Of a stretch of 64,000 bases of DNA, positions 20,864-32,302 are shown in pieces. Positions within the stretch are counted from its first letter, which is position 1; every line of letters starts with the position of its first letter. This DNA comes from Acidobacteriota bacterium (GTDB lineage: Bacteria; Acidobacteriota; UBA6911; JACQSX01), in contig DASXQR010000017.1 of assembly GCA_036507075.1 (NCBI GenBank), positions 32,001 through 96,000 on the forward strand. The letters are read 5' to 3'. The notes under the pieces are model-generated. The model worked only from the letters and a program-made list of their open reading frames with translations, was not told where the DNA came from and ran no database searches. A program made the translations under genes and the position numbers.

Positions 20864-21110
20864 CGAGCCGGGAACCGGTGAAAGAATCTACCACAGAGGC
20901 GCATCCCGGCCCTAGGCCGCAAACAAACGCGTCATCGGTCATCAGTCATTGGTCATTAGTAGAATTTTGCTAAGAATTTTTTTAACAAGGGTTCTCCAAA
21001 GCCGTCTACGTCCACGAACGTGCACGTGACCGTCTTCGGCTTTTTGTTTGGTTGCGGCCTACGGCCGCCCTTCGGTGGTGAATCTTTTCACCGGCTCTCC
21101 CGGGCGGCTG
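20864..21110. repeat. Nested composite inverted-repeat element
   Basis: Outer arms CCGGTGAAAAGA..CCAC / GTGG..TCTTTTCACCGG; inner TAGGCCGCAA / TTGCGGCCTA; encloses GTCATTG heptamers and an AAAGCCG..CGGCTTT unit. Confidence 0.7.
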
Positions 21111-21112
21111 TC

Positions 21113-22564
21113 TTACGGGAAAATTCCCAGTTCGCCGTAGGAGCGTTCAATCTTGCCGATGGCCAGGACATAGGCTGCCGTCCTGAGGCTTTTTAAATTC
21201 TGCTTGCGATAAATGTCCAGGATGGCCTGAAAAGCCTGGATCATGGTTCCTTCCAGCCCGGAGTTGACCAGTTCGATTTCGTCCGGTCCGTGCACCAGCA
21301 GGTTTCGCGTACCCGGTGAAATGGGCGCGTGCAGGCACTCCTCGAGGGCTTTCACGACGGTGTCGCCGCGAATTTCTTCCAGCCGCTTTTCCATGCGGCC
21401 ATAGCGCATGTGCGCTAGGTTTTTCCCCCATTCGAAATAGGAAACAATGACGCCGCCGGCGTTCAGGTAAATATCGGGAATGATCCAGACGTCACGCTTC
21501 AGAAGCTCTTTCTCCGCCTCAACCGTAGTGGGACCATTGGCCGCTTCCGCCAGGATCCGGCATTGCACGCGTCCCACGTTGTCCAGAGCAATCTGGTTTT
21601 GCAATGCCGCAGGAATCAAGATGTCGCACGGCACCTCAAGGCAGCCCCTGGATCCATCGAATGTCTTGGCGCCGTCGAAATTCCGAATGCTGCCCTGCTT
21701 GTCGCGATGCTCTTTCAGTTTCGCTATGTCCAGCCCCGAAGGGTTGTAGATCCATCCGTCAAGCTCCCCGACGGCGATGATCCGGCAACGATCTTCTTCC
21801 CAGAGGAAGCGCGCAGCGTGATAGCCGACGTTTCCGAATCCCTGGATCACCACCGACTTGCCTTCCAGTCCGGGAGCAATCTTGCGCCTTTTCAACTCGT
21901 CTGTCTGGCGCATCGCTTCCCGGAGCCCGAATTGGACCCCTCGCCCCGTGGCTTCGGTCCGGCCGCGGATCCCGCCCTGAGTCACGGGCTTGCCGGTGAC
22001 ACAGGCCATGTTGTTGATGCCACCCGGGAAAAAAGCATCATACGTATCGGCGATCCAGGCCATCTCGCGCTCGCCGGTGCCCATGTCGGGAGCCGGGACA
22101 TTGATTCCCGGACCGATGAATCCCTTGCGGATCAGCTCGGCTGTGTACCGGCGGGTGATTTTTTCAAGCTCATCAGGTGTGTATTCTCGCGTGTCGATTG
22201 CCACGCCGCCCTTCGATCCCCCGAACGGCACGTCTACGATGGCGCACTTGTAGGTCATCAGAGCCGCCAGCGCCATGATCTCGTCCTGGTCAACAGTGGG
22301 GCTGAAGCGGATCCCGCCCTTGAGCGGCTTGCGATGGTGGGAGTGCTCCGCCCGCCAGCCCTGGAAGATCTGGTACCGATTCCCGAACTTTACCGGGAAC
22401 TGCATGAAAAACACGTTGTCGCAGGTCTTGATTTGAAGCGCCAGGTCCCTGGGAATTTTCATGTGGGTGGCCGCTTCGTCAAACTGTGCTGAAACGATCC
22501 GATTCAAATTGAGGTCTTCGGTGAGCGCTCCGTGGCGCGGTTTCTTCGGTGCTGTCGCCTTCAT
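21113..22564 (-). CDS. gdhA: Glu/Leu/Phe/Val dehydrogenase (glutamate dehydrogenase)
   Basis: KGGIRF, MTYKCA, PFGGSKGG, VPAPDMGT, GRTEATGRG, QGFGNVG, NAGGVIVSYFEW. Confidence 0.9.
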   Translation of the reverse strand: MKATAPKKPRHGALTEDLNLNRIVSAQFDEAATHMKIPRDLALQIKTCDNVFFMQFPVKFGNRYQIFQGWRAEHSHHRKPLKGGIRFSPTVDQDEIMALAALMTYKCAIVDVPFGGSKGGVAIDTREYTPDELEKITRRYTAELIRKGFIGPGINVPAPDMGTGEREMAWIADTYDAFFPGGINNMACVTGKPVTQGGIRGRTEATGRGVQFGLREAMRQTDELKRRKIAPGLEGKSVVIQGFGNVGYHAARFLWEEDRCRIIAVGELDGWIYNPSGLDIAKLKEHRDKQGSIRNFDGAKTFDGSRGCLEVPCDILIPAALQNQIALDNVGRVQCRILAEAANGPTTVEAEKELLKRDVWIIPDIYLNAGGVIVSYFEWGKNLAHMRYGRMEKRLEEIRGDTVVKALEECLHAPISPGTRNLLVHGPDEIELVNSGLEGTMIQAFQAILDIYRKQNLKSLRTAAYVLAIGKIERSYGELGIFP

Positions 22565-22952
22565 TTGTTGTCCTTTGTCACGGGGTCCTCAGCCGCGTAG
22601 AAACCAAGCTCAGGCTGAAGAAGAAAATACATCACTTTGGCTGGCGATATGAACAAGGTTTCACAACATCTTGAAAAAATTAGGTTTTCGACTGTACCTG
22701 TCCTATGGTACAGTTCAATCAAAAATTTGAAGCTGTCCCCCTTTCACGGGGTTTGGCCGCTTGATCTCGACGATTTTTAGTGCAAGACTGCCAGCCTCTA
22801 AAAGATCTCTTGAGCAACGTTTGGAAAACAACCGTTTTCATTAGCTAAGGTTTACGAGGCGAGAGACGAAGGAAGGGGCTTCGTATTTGGCCATCGGACA
22901 GTCAGTCCCCGCGCCTGTCATTTTCGCTAATCCAGTTCATAAGGAGGGAAGA

Positions 22953-25028
<2,076 letters not shown>

Positions 25029-25029
25029 G

Positions 25030-25118
25030 AGCACGAATTTTCAAGGCACGAATTTCACGAATTTCACGAATTCTTTAAATAACTTCGTGAAATTCGTGGA
25101 AATTCGTGAAATTCGTGC
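25030..25118. repeat. Inverted 9-mer tandem repeats (CACGAATTT / AAATTCGTG)
   Basis: About four units per arm, forming a hairpin downstream of the Tes homolog. Confidence 0.85.
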
Positions 25119-25252
25119 TCAACTGCCCGGGTCCGCTCCGCTTTTTTTCTCCCGTCCATCTTCAACCAGCCTAAAATAGAACGTGCTGACGTTCACAGGG
25201 GTGCGGATAACCCGACTTCCCGTGTCTGCGTCTTAGGGCTGTCTTGCCGCTT

Positions 25253-26698
25253 ATGAATCTGCGTGAACCGGGTGCCGTGTTGTTGATTTCCTGTTACGAG
25301 CTTGGGCACCAGCCTGCAGGCATCGCATTTCCAATGGCGTTTCTCGAGGCAGACGGGTACCGCCCGCACGCCCTGGACATCGCCGTGGAGAATTTTGACG
25401 CCGCCAAGGCCGCCGCCCTCTTTGTCGGTATTTCCGTTCCCATGCACACGGCGCTGCGTTTGGGAGTCAGGGTGGCCGAGCGTGTGCGCAGCGTCAATCC
25501 GAATTGCCACATATGCTTCTATGGCCTGTACGCGGCTTTGAACAGCGATTATCTTCTGACCACCGTCGCCGATTCGACGATCGGAGGGGAATTTGAAACT
25601 TCGCTGATTGCGCTTTGCCAGGCTTTGCAGGAAGGCACCCGACCCGAAATTGAAGGTGTCAGTTATCGCGACGGCTTCAGGTCAGGACCGAGGCTGAAGA
25701 AATCTTTATTCCCCACTCCTCGCCGTGGCCATCTTCCCTCGCTGGAACATTATGCCCGCCTGGAATACCGGGGAAACAGAGAGCTGGCTGGTTACGCAGA
25801 AGCAACCCGGGGCTGCCTGCATCATTGCCTCCATTGTCCCTGGCCTCCGGTGTACGACGGGCGCTTCTTTGTCGTTCCGGCGCAGACGGTCATTGCCGAT
25901 GTACGAGGCCAGATAGAGCAGGGCGCGCGTCATATCACCTTCGGAGACCCTGATTTCCTGAACGGACCGGCGCATTCACTAAGGATCGCGCGCCTGCTGC
26001 ATGAGGAGTTTCCGCAACTGACCTTTGATTTCACCGCCAAGGTGGAGCACCTGTTGAAGCACCAATCGTTGCTTCCCGAAATGGCGAGACTGGGCTGCCT
26101 TTTCATTGTTACTGCGGCCGAGTCTTTGAGCGCCGCGGTGCTCAAAAACCTGCACAAGGGACACACGCCTGCCGACGTTGTCGCGGCCCTGGAAGCTGTC
26201 CGGCGCGCAGGTATTTGTTTCCGGCCCACATGGGTCGCGTTCACGCCATGGACCGGGCTGCAGGATTACCTGGAGATGCTCGATTTCATCGAGCGAGAAG
26301 ATTTAATAGACCACGTGGACGCGGTTCAGTATTCCATCCGCCTGCTGGTGCCGCCGGGATCCAGGCTTTTGCAGCAGCCGGCAATGAAGCCTCATTTGCT
26401 TGAATTGGACCAGGCGTCATTCAGTTATCGTTGGAAGCATCCTGACCGTCGTATGGAACAACTCTACTGTTGGGTAACGGAATTGGTGCGACGGGAGACA
26501 GAGCGGTCTTCACCAGCCATCGACATCTTTCATCAAGTTCAAAAACGAGTGTTCAAGATTTCGGGCGCCGGAAGGAAGCGTGATGCCGGATTTTCCTCCC
26601 TGTCGGTTATCCGAGAGCAGGCTGCGCGACTTACCGAACCATGGTTCTGCTGAGCGGAGCCGACAGAGAGCCAGTTTGGCTCTCTTGGCCGGTTGTGA
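25253..26698 (+). CDS. CUAEP-tail radical SAM selenoprotein (Sec at UGA 26651-26653)
   Basis: B12-binding-like N-terminal domain; EATRGCLHHCLHC; read-through gives RLTEPWFC-U-AEPTESQFGSLGRL*. Confidence 0.85.
26659..26689 (+). promoter_or_regulatory. Bacterial SECIS-like hairpin
   Basis: AGAGAGCCA-GTT-TGGCTCTCT perfect stem with lower GCCG/TGGC; apical GU 20 nt after the UGA. Confidence 0.75.
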
Positions 26699-26699
26699 G

Positions 26700-26857
26700 T
26701 AGTCAGTTGGCCGTAGTCCGTTGAAGTCTAGAAGTCGAAAGTCAAAGGTCGAAAGTCGAAATTCAGACTTTTGACTTTCGACCTTTGACCTTCGACTTTC
26801 AACTCCAACTGACAACGGACAACGGACGATTGACTACTGGCAATCGACTACGGACAA
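26700..26857. repeat. Nested inverted heptamer repeats (AAGTCGA/TCGACTT inside GTTGTCC/GGACAAC-type arms)
   Basis: Tandem 7-mers and their reverse complements. Confidence 0.8.
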
Positions 26858-26872
26858 AATCAGGAGGTTAAA

Positions 26873-27469
26873 GTGAACGACGAGATAAAAATTACAGCCG
26901 AGGTCGACAAGCTGAATATTTCAACTTGTAGATTTACCGTCGACCGACCTGTGTACACGGGCAGGGCGACGTTCAACAACGCTGAAGAAGCCAAAGGGAA
27001 TGCATTAGCGGAGCGGCTTTTCCGGATTGAAGAGGTCGTAGGTGTGGAGCTTTTGGGAAGTATCGTGGTGCTCACCTGCCTGGGCGGCCGCGGGTGGAGA
27101 GAGATCGGCCCGCAGGTGGGCTCCGCCATCCGGGAGTTTATTGCATCAGGCAAGGCGCCCAGCGAAGAACAATATAAAGCCAGCTTGCCGGATCCGGCTC
27201 TGCTGCGGGAAAAAGTGCGGGAGCTTCTTGAGCTTCAGATCAACCCTGGCGTGGCATCGCATGGAGGCTACGTGGAGTTGATTGATGTAAAGGATCACAA
27301 CGCATACGTGCGGATGGGTGGGGGCTGTCAGGGTTGCGGCGCCGCCGACGTTACACTGAAGCAGGGAATCGAGACCCTGATTCGCGACGAGGTTCCCGAG
27401 ATTTGGCAGGTCATCGACATCACCGACCACGCCGCCGGCACCAATCCGTACTACGAGGCGGCGAAGTAA
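26873..27469 (+). CDS. nfuA: NifU/NfuA-family Fe-S cluster carrier
   Basis: Nfu N-terminal scaffold domain + INPGVASHGG..MGGGCQGCG..TLKQGIE..DITDHAAGTNPYY; RBS AGGAGG. Confidence 0.85.
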   Translation: MNDEIKITAEVDKLNISTCRFTVDRPVYTGRATFNNAEEAKGNALAERLFRIEEVVGVELLGSIVVLTCLGGRGWREIGPQVGSAIREFIASGKAPSEEQYKASLPDPALLREKVRELLELQINPGVASHGGYVELIDVKDHNAYVRMGGGCQGCGAADVTLKQGIETLIRDEVPEIWQVIDITDHAAGTNPYYEAAK

Positions 27470-27752
27470 TTCGTTGTCCGTTGCCAGTTGTCCGTTTTCA
27501 GTTGTCCGTTGTTAGTTGTCCGTTGTCAGTTGTTCGTTGTCCGTTGTCAGTTGTCCGTTGTCGGTTGAAGTAAACGCCCTCAAAGTTGAAGGCCGGTTGT
27601 CGGAGCGTTGAACTCCAAGATGGTGTTGGGATGTTTGACGTGCGGACCTTCGGCCTTTTAATCTTCGACCTTCGACAGACCACTGACAACGAACAACTGA
27701 CAACGGACAACTAACAACTGACAACCGACAACGGACAACGGACAACTGACAA
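27470..27752. repeat. Inverted heptamer tandem arrays (GTTGTCC/GTTGTCA ... GGACAAC/TGACAAC)
   Basis: About 13 units on the left and 10 on the right around a ~110-bp core. Confidence 0.9.
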
Positions 27753-28973
27753 ATGCGCGTACTATTACTCCTTCCCGGCACTTCTTATCGTAGCGGCGCG
27801 TTCCTGGCCGCTGCTCAAAAACTTGGCGCTGAAATCGTGGTGGCAAGCGAAGAGAAGAACGCACTGGCCGGGTTGAATCCGGCAGGGCTCCTGACGCTGG
27901 ATTTCGACGCTCCCGACGCTTGCGCCGCGCAGTTGGCCGCGCAGGTGCAGCCGGCAATCGACGCCGTAATTGGCGTCGATGAGCGAACAGCCGTCGTCGC
28001 CGCGACGGTTTCTGCGAAGCTGGGGCTTCGCCACAATCCGATTGAAGCTGTGGTGGCTGCGGGCGACAAGCTTAAGATGCGCCGGAAACTCTCAGAGAGT
28101 GGAATTCCGGTCCCCCCATTCGAGTCTTGCAGCCTGTCAGAAGATCCCACGCAGTTGTCCAAACGGGTCGCCTATCCATGCGTGCTGAAGCCGTTGAATC
28201 TTTCCGCAAGCCGTGGCGTAATACGCGCCAACAACGAGGCCGAGTTCATTCAAAGTTTTCTGCGGGTGCGGTCAATCGTGCAGGGCCCGGCGTCCGGCAA
28301 CGGGAATTCCACCTCCCGCAACATCCTGGTGGAACAGTATTTGCCCGGAAAGGAAGTTGCCGTGGAGGGTCTTCTGCTTGATGGAAATCTTCACCCGCTC
28401 GCGATCTTCGACAAACCCGATCCTCTGGAGGGTCCGTTCTTTGAAGAGACCATCTACGTCACGCCGTCGCGACTGTCGCACGATCAACAGGGATCGATCA
28501 TAGCCGCGGCAGGCCTCGCCGCCGGCGCGCTGGGCCTGCGGCACGGGCCGGTGCATGTGGAGCTGCGGATCAATGAGCGCGGGCCGTGGATTTTAGAAAT
28601 CGCAGGGCGTTCCATAGGCGGCCGCTGCTCGCGGGCGCTGCGGTTTGGAGACGGCGTCTCCCTGGAAGAACTGACTTTGCGGCACGCCCTGCGGTTGCCC
28701 TTGATGCTGGAAAGAGAGCGCGCGGCGTCGGGAGTTATGATGATTCCGATTCCACGAGGCGGCATTTTGCGCGAAGTGCGGGGCCTGGATGAAGCCCGGT
28801 CCGTGCCGGGAGTGGATGAGGTCAGCATCACGGCGCACCGGGGCCAGCGGCTGGTCCCCTGGCCGGAAGGCTCGCAATACCTGGGTTTCCTGTTTGCACG
28901 CTCCCAGGAACCGGAACAGGTGGAGGCGGCGCTGCGGCTTGCTCACAGCCGGCTGGAGATAGTTTTCGAATAG
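27753..28973 (+). CDS. ATP-grasp domain protein (amino-acid/carboxylate-amine ligase family)
   Basis: DKLKMR, YPCVLKPLNLSASRGV, LVEQYLPGKEVAVEG, HVELR, LEIAGRSIGG. Confidence 0.9.
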   Translation: MRVLLLLPGTSYRSGAFLAAAQKLGAEIVVASEEKNALAGLNPAGLLTLDFDAPDACAAQLAAQVQPAIDAVIGVDERTAVVAATVSAKLGLRHNPIEAVVAAGDKLKMRRKLSESGIPVPPFESCSLSEDPTQLSKRVAYPCVLKPLNLSASRGVIRANNEAEFIQSFLRVRSIVQGPASGNGNSTSRNILVEQYLPGKEVAVEGLLLDGNLHPLAIFDKPDPLEGPFFEETIYVTPSRLSHDQQGSIIAAAGLAAGALGLRHGPVHVELRINERGPWILEIAGRSIGGRCSRALRFGDGVSLEELTLRHALRLPLMLERERAASGVMMIPIPRGGILREVRGLDEARSVPGVDEVSITAHRGQRLVPWPEGSQYLGFLFARSQEPEQVEAALRLAHSRLEIVFE

Positions 28974-28985
28974 CCTCGGCCGGTT

Positions 28986-29115
28986 TTTGCCACGAAGACA
29001 CTAAGGATCAGGAATCTATCCAGTAGTGACACTTCTCGAATCAACCACGATCGAGCAAGAGTGTCAGTTCTAACTAAATTATTAAATCTTTGTGTCTTCG
29101 TGTCTTCGTGGCAAA
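28986..29115. mobile_element. MITE-like element, family TTGCCACGAAG (copy 1)
   Basis: Terminal IR TTTGCCACGAAGACAC / GTGTCTTCGTGGCAAA; core AGTGACACTTCTC..ATCAACCACGATCG shared with other copies. Confidence 0.7.
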
Positions 29116-30560
29116 GAACCCTCGGCATAGATTTCCGTACGGTTGCGGCCCAGTTCTTTTGCCTTGTACAGGGCTCGATCGGCACATTCGATCAGCTCTC
29201 GCACATCCTTGGCATGCTCGGGAAAAGTTGCCACCCCTGCGCTTAGTTCAATCATGCCGCACGGTGCGGGATGGCACTGGAGTTCATTTCGCAGTCTATC
29301 TATGAGCATCTTTGCGCGCGTGGGATGGGTTTCCGGCAGCAGGATGGTGAACTCGTCGCCTCCGTAGCGGGCCAGGAGATCGGTTGAGCGTGTGGTCCGT
29401 TTCAATAGCTGGGCAACATAAGCTAAAACCTTGTCTCCCTCGGCATGTCCCTGAGTGTCGTTTACCTGTTTGAATTGATCCAGGTCCAGCATCACGATGG
29501 TGCATTCACGGTGCTTGCGGCGTGATCGCTCTATTTCGTCTTCAAGACGCTCGTAGAAGTAGCGGCGGTTGTAGAGCTCAGTCAAGCCGTCAGTGCGGGC
29601 CTGGTTTTCTATGGTCTTGAAAAGCTGCGCCATTTGAAGAGCCACTGCAGTTTGCGTGCCCAGAAAATCAAATTTAAGCTGTTCCTCTTCTGTCCAGCGA
29701 TGAGACTCTTTGTGATAGATGCGGAGTTCGCCGAAATCCTGAGCGTCACTCTGAAGTCGTGTCACCAGTCGTGAGTGGAATGAAAGCTCCCCCACGGGAG
29801 ACTGCTTCATGTCCGCCGAGCAGAAGAGTCCCGGATTGGTCGAACCATCGAAATCGGTCGAAGAGTCATCGACGCAGAAGGCGCCCATACGCACGGTTTG
29901 GCCTTCCATTACCAGGAGTTCCACCGCATCGCACTTCATGATGTCTCGGACCGCTCGCGGGCATCTGGAGACAATCTGCGCCTCATTGAGAGAGCGGGTC
30001 AGATGTCGTCCGAACCCGACAAGATCCTGAGTGAAACCGATGGATCGCCGCGTGAGCGGAAGGTGCCGGCTGGGTCTGGAAACGAGCGCGGCGACGATTG
30101 AGGAAAGACAAAAAAGTAAAACAAGGCGCAATGAAAAATCGGCCTTATCCGCCCATGCTTCGATTGCGAAGTAGGCGGCCAGACCAACATACAGAATCAT
30201 GACTGCCGAAATCGCTATCATAGCCAGCCGATAGCCGGGAACAAAACCGGCCACGCCGAGTAAAAACAGCAGTACTGCAAACGGCGCAGTGTTTGAGAAT
30301 GGGAACAAATAAAGGGCGGCAGCGGCGGCGATATTGACCGTCGACAAGCGCAGCAGCAGCGATGGATTAGTGAACAGAGTGGAGCGGTTGACGGTTATAA
30401 AAGTTGAGATCCCGATGAGTGCCAGAGAGGCTAGAAGGTACGGCAGATAGTACGCATGTTCGCGGGACAGGTAAACCAGACAGACAGCAGTCCCTGACAT
30501 TGCCCATTGCGGCAATAGGATATAGAGATCACCTGAAGAAAGGTATCGCTGCCTCGCCAA
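29082..30560 (-). CDS. Membrane-bound diguanylate cyclase (TM region + GAF-like + GGDEF)
   Basis: TDGLTELYNRR, RSTD I-site, ARYGGDEF, ADRALYKAKELGRN; about 6 N-terminal TM helices. Confidence 0.9.
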   Translation of the reverse strand: MARQRYLSSGDLYILLPQWAMSGTAVCLVYLSREHAYYLPYLLASLALIGISTFITVNRSTLFTNPSLLLRLSTVNIAAAAALYLFPFSNTAPFAVLLFLLGVAGFVPGYRLAMIAISAVMILYVGLAAYFAIEAWADKADFSLRLVLLFCLSSIVAALVSRPSRHLPLTRRSIGFTQDLVGFGRHLTRSLNEAQIVSRCPRAVRDIMKCDAVELLVMEGQTVRMGAFCVDDSSTDFDGSTNPGLFCSADMKQSPVGELSFHSRLVTRLQSDAQDFGELRIYHKESHRWTEEEQLKFDFLGTQTAVALQMAQLFKTIENQARTDGLTELYNRRYFYERLEDEIERSRRKHRECTIVMLDLDQFKQVNDTQGHAEGDKVLAYVAQLLKRTTRSTDLLARYGGDEFTILLPETHPTRAKMLIDRLRNELQCHPAPCGMIELSAGVATFPEHAKDVRELIECADRALYKAKELGRNRTEIYAEGSLPRRHEDTKI

Positions 30561-30624
30561 TGATTAACATGTTATAAATAAAGGCCTTCGACCGCAAGCA
30601 GTCTTTGATTACCGAAAGATCTTC

Positions 30625-30881
30625 TGCCACGAAGCCACGAAGACACGAAGATTTAACAACTCAATTGGAATTGGCACTTCTGCACGAAATGATGATTGAT
30701 TTGAGAATTGTTTTTTGGCAAGTTTATCAAAGCCGTCTACGTCCACGAGACGTCCACGACTACGTCCAACGTCCACGAGGGACGGCCACGTCTACGATAA
30801 CGTCTACAATCTGGTGGAGTGCAGCCTGGGTTGCAGGCAATTGAAGCTGATCATCCTGCGTGCCTTCGTGGCTTCGTGGCA
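30625..30881. mobile_element. MITE-like element, family TTGCCACGAAG (copy 2, reversed, with nested CGTCCAC/CGTCTAC insert)
   Basis: Same IRs; core is the reverse complement of copy 1; insert AAAGCCGTCTACGTCCACGA also seen near 21000 and related near 43290. Confidence 0.7.
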
Positions 30882-30889
30882 AACTCCGG

Positions 30890-31480
30890 CTAGAGCAGGT
30901 GGCCCAGTTTTTCCCGTTTGGCTCTCATGTAGGACTCGGCCCGTTTTGAATGGTCGACTTTCAACGGCAGCATGGTCGGCACGGCGATGCCTTCACGCTC
31001 CAGTCCTTTCTTCTTTGCAGGGTTGTTTGTGAGCAATCTTATTTCGTGGACGCCCAGATATTTGAGAATCTCGGCGCAGAACTGATATTGCCTTTGATCG
31101 GCTGCAAAACCGAGGCGCTCGTTGGCTTCCACCGTGTCGACACCCTGGTCCTGAAGCTCATAAGCCATCAGCTTGTTGATCAATCCAATCCCCCGACCCT
31201 CCTGCATCTGGTAAAGCAGGATGCCCGCCGGAGTGGAAGCGATCTCCTTGAGTGCGGCTCTCAGTTGCGCTCCGCAGTCGCATCGATGCGATCCGAACAC
31301 ATCACCCGTAAGGCACTGCGAGTGAATACGCACCAGCGGTATACCGGAAAACGGGACGGCGCCATGCACGAGCGCAACCGCTTCTTCACCCGATGTGGTA
31401 TCTTCGAAGCCATAAATGGTAAATGTTCCGGTATCGGTTGGAAGAGTCGATCTCGGTATTCTGGTCTTGTTTAGAGCCAT
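30890..31480 (-). CDS. ribA: GTP cyclohydrolase II
   Basis: VRIHSQCLTGDVFGSHRCDCG, QEGRGIGL, LLTNNP. Confidence 0.95.
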   Translation of the reverse strand: MALNKTRIPRSTLPTDTGTFTIYGFEDTTSGEEAVALVHGAVPFSGIPLVRIHSQCLTGDVFGSHRCDCGAQLRAALKEIASTPAGILLYQMQEGRGIGLINKLMAYELQDQGVDTVEANERLGFAADQRQYQFCAEILKYLGVHEIRLLTNNPAKKKGLEREGIAVPTMLPLKVDHSKRAESYMRAKREKLGHLL

Positions 31481-31530
31481 GCAGGAAAGTATAACACTCG
31501 CTCACTGCGCGGTTGCGAGTTACGGGTTCT

Positions 31531-31647
31531 TTGCCACGAAGCCACGAAGGCCAGGGTTTACCGTACAGTGACACTTCTCAAATCAACCACGATCGCGCAG
31601 GAGTCGCACGTCTAACTGAATTGTTGATCTTCGTGGCTTCGTGGCAA
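31531..31647. mobile_element. MITE-like element, family TTGCCACGAAG (copy 3)
   Basis: TTGCCACGAAGCCACGAAG / CTTCGTGGCTTCGTGGCAA; shared core. Confidence 0.7.
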
Positions 31648-31663
31648 CCCCCCCCGCAAACTC

Positions 31664-32239
31664 TTAGGGGAGGCGAAGATCGTCGGCGGTGTCAGGTTTC
31701 CGGTCGGGGCCGTTGGAGATGACTGCGAATCCACCGGCCTGCCGCTGAATTCGGAATTCGGAATTCCACGCGTCAAGGCGAATCACTTCGGGCAGATAAC
31801 CCGGCGAAAGCTTGTCCACCAGGTCGACAAAATCCACTGCGGCCGGATAGGCGCCGTTCACCTGCCGGTACTTTTCGGCGGCCTGCAGAATAGTCTTCAT
31901 TTCCCCCTGCGTGCGGCGGCGCAGTATCTGATCGAGAGCCTCCTTCAGGTCCTGCACCCTGATCCATTGCATTTCGGCCAGCCTGATGTCCTTTAGAACC
32001 CATTTTCCATTTTCTCTCTCGAACCGGAATCCCGTGGTAACGGTTCCTTCGGCGACGGCTGAGCTTCCCGTAGGCGAAAAGCTGGTGAACTCGATTGTGG
32101 GGCTGAGCGACTCGAGTTCGGTCCCCTGGAGCAGATTGATCGCCAGTTTGTTTGCCTTGCTTTTTCCGGCACACGAGGCCCACAGCATCGCGCCGCCAAT
32201 GAGCAATATCGCCGGCCAGAGGATTTCACGCCTTTTCAT
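31664..32239 (-). CDS. Exported protein with GspG (T2SS pseudopilin) C-terminal domain
   Basis: YRQVNGAYP..LSPGYL..DAWNSEF..VISNGPDRKPDTADD; possible lipoprotein signal. Confidence 0.7.
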   Translation of the reverse strand: MKRREILWPAILLIGGAMLWASCAGKSKANKLAINLLQGTELESLSPTIEFTSFSPTGSSAVAEGTVTTGFRFERENGKWVLKDIRLAEMQWIRVQDLKEALDQILRRRTQGEMKTILQAAEKYRQVNGAYPAAVDFVDLVDKLSPGYLPEVIRLDAWNSEFRIQRQAGGFAVISNGPDRKPDTADDLRLP

Positions 32240-32302
32240 GGCAGCACCTTAATATTTTTTCGCAAATTTCAGTACCCACCTGTTAAGTATAAGTGTACTG
32301 AA

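Noticed and set aside
26651..26653. Treating the UGA codons at 26651 and 52288 as true stops or nonsense mutations
   Set aside because: Family motifs continue in frame and SECIS-like hairpins follow at matching distances.
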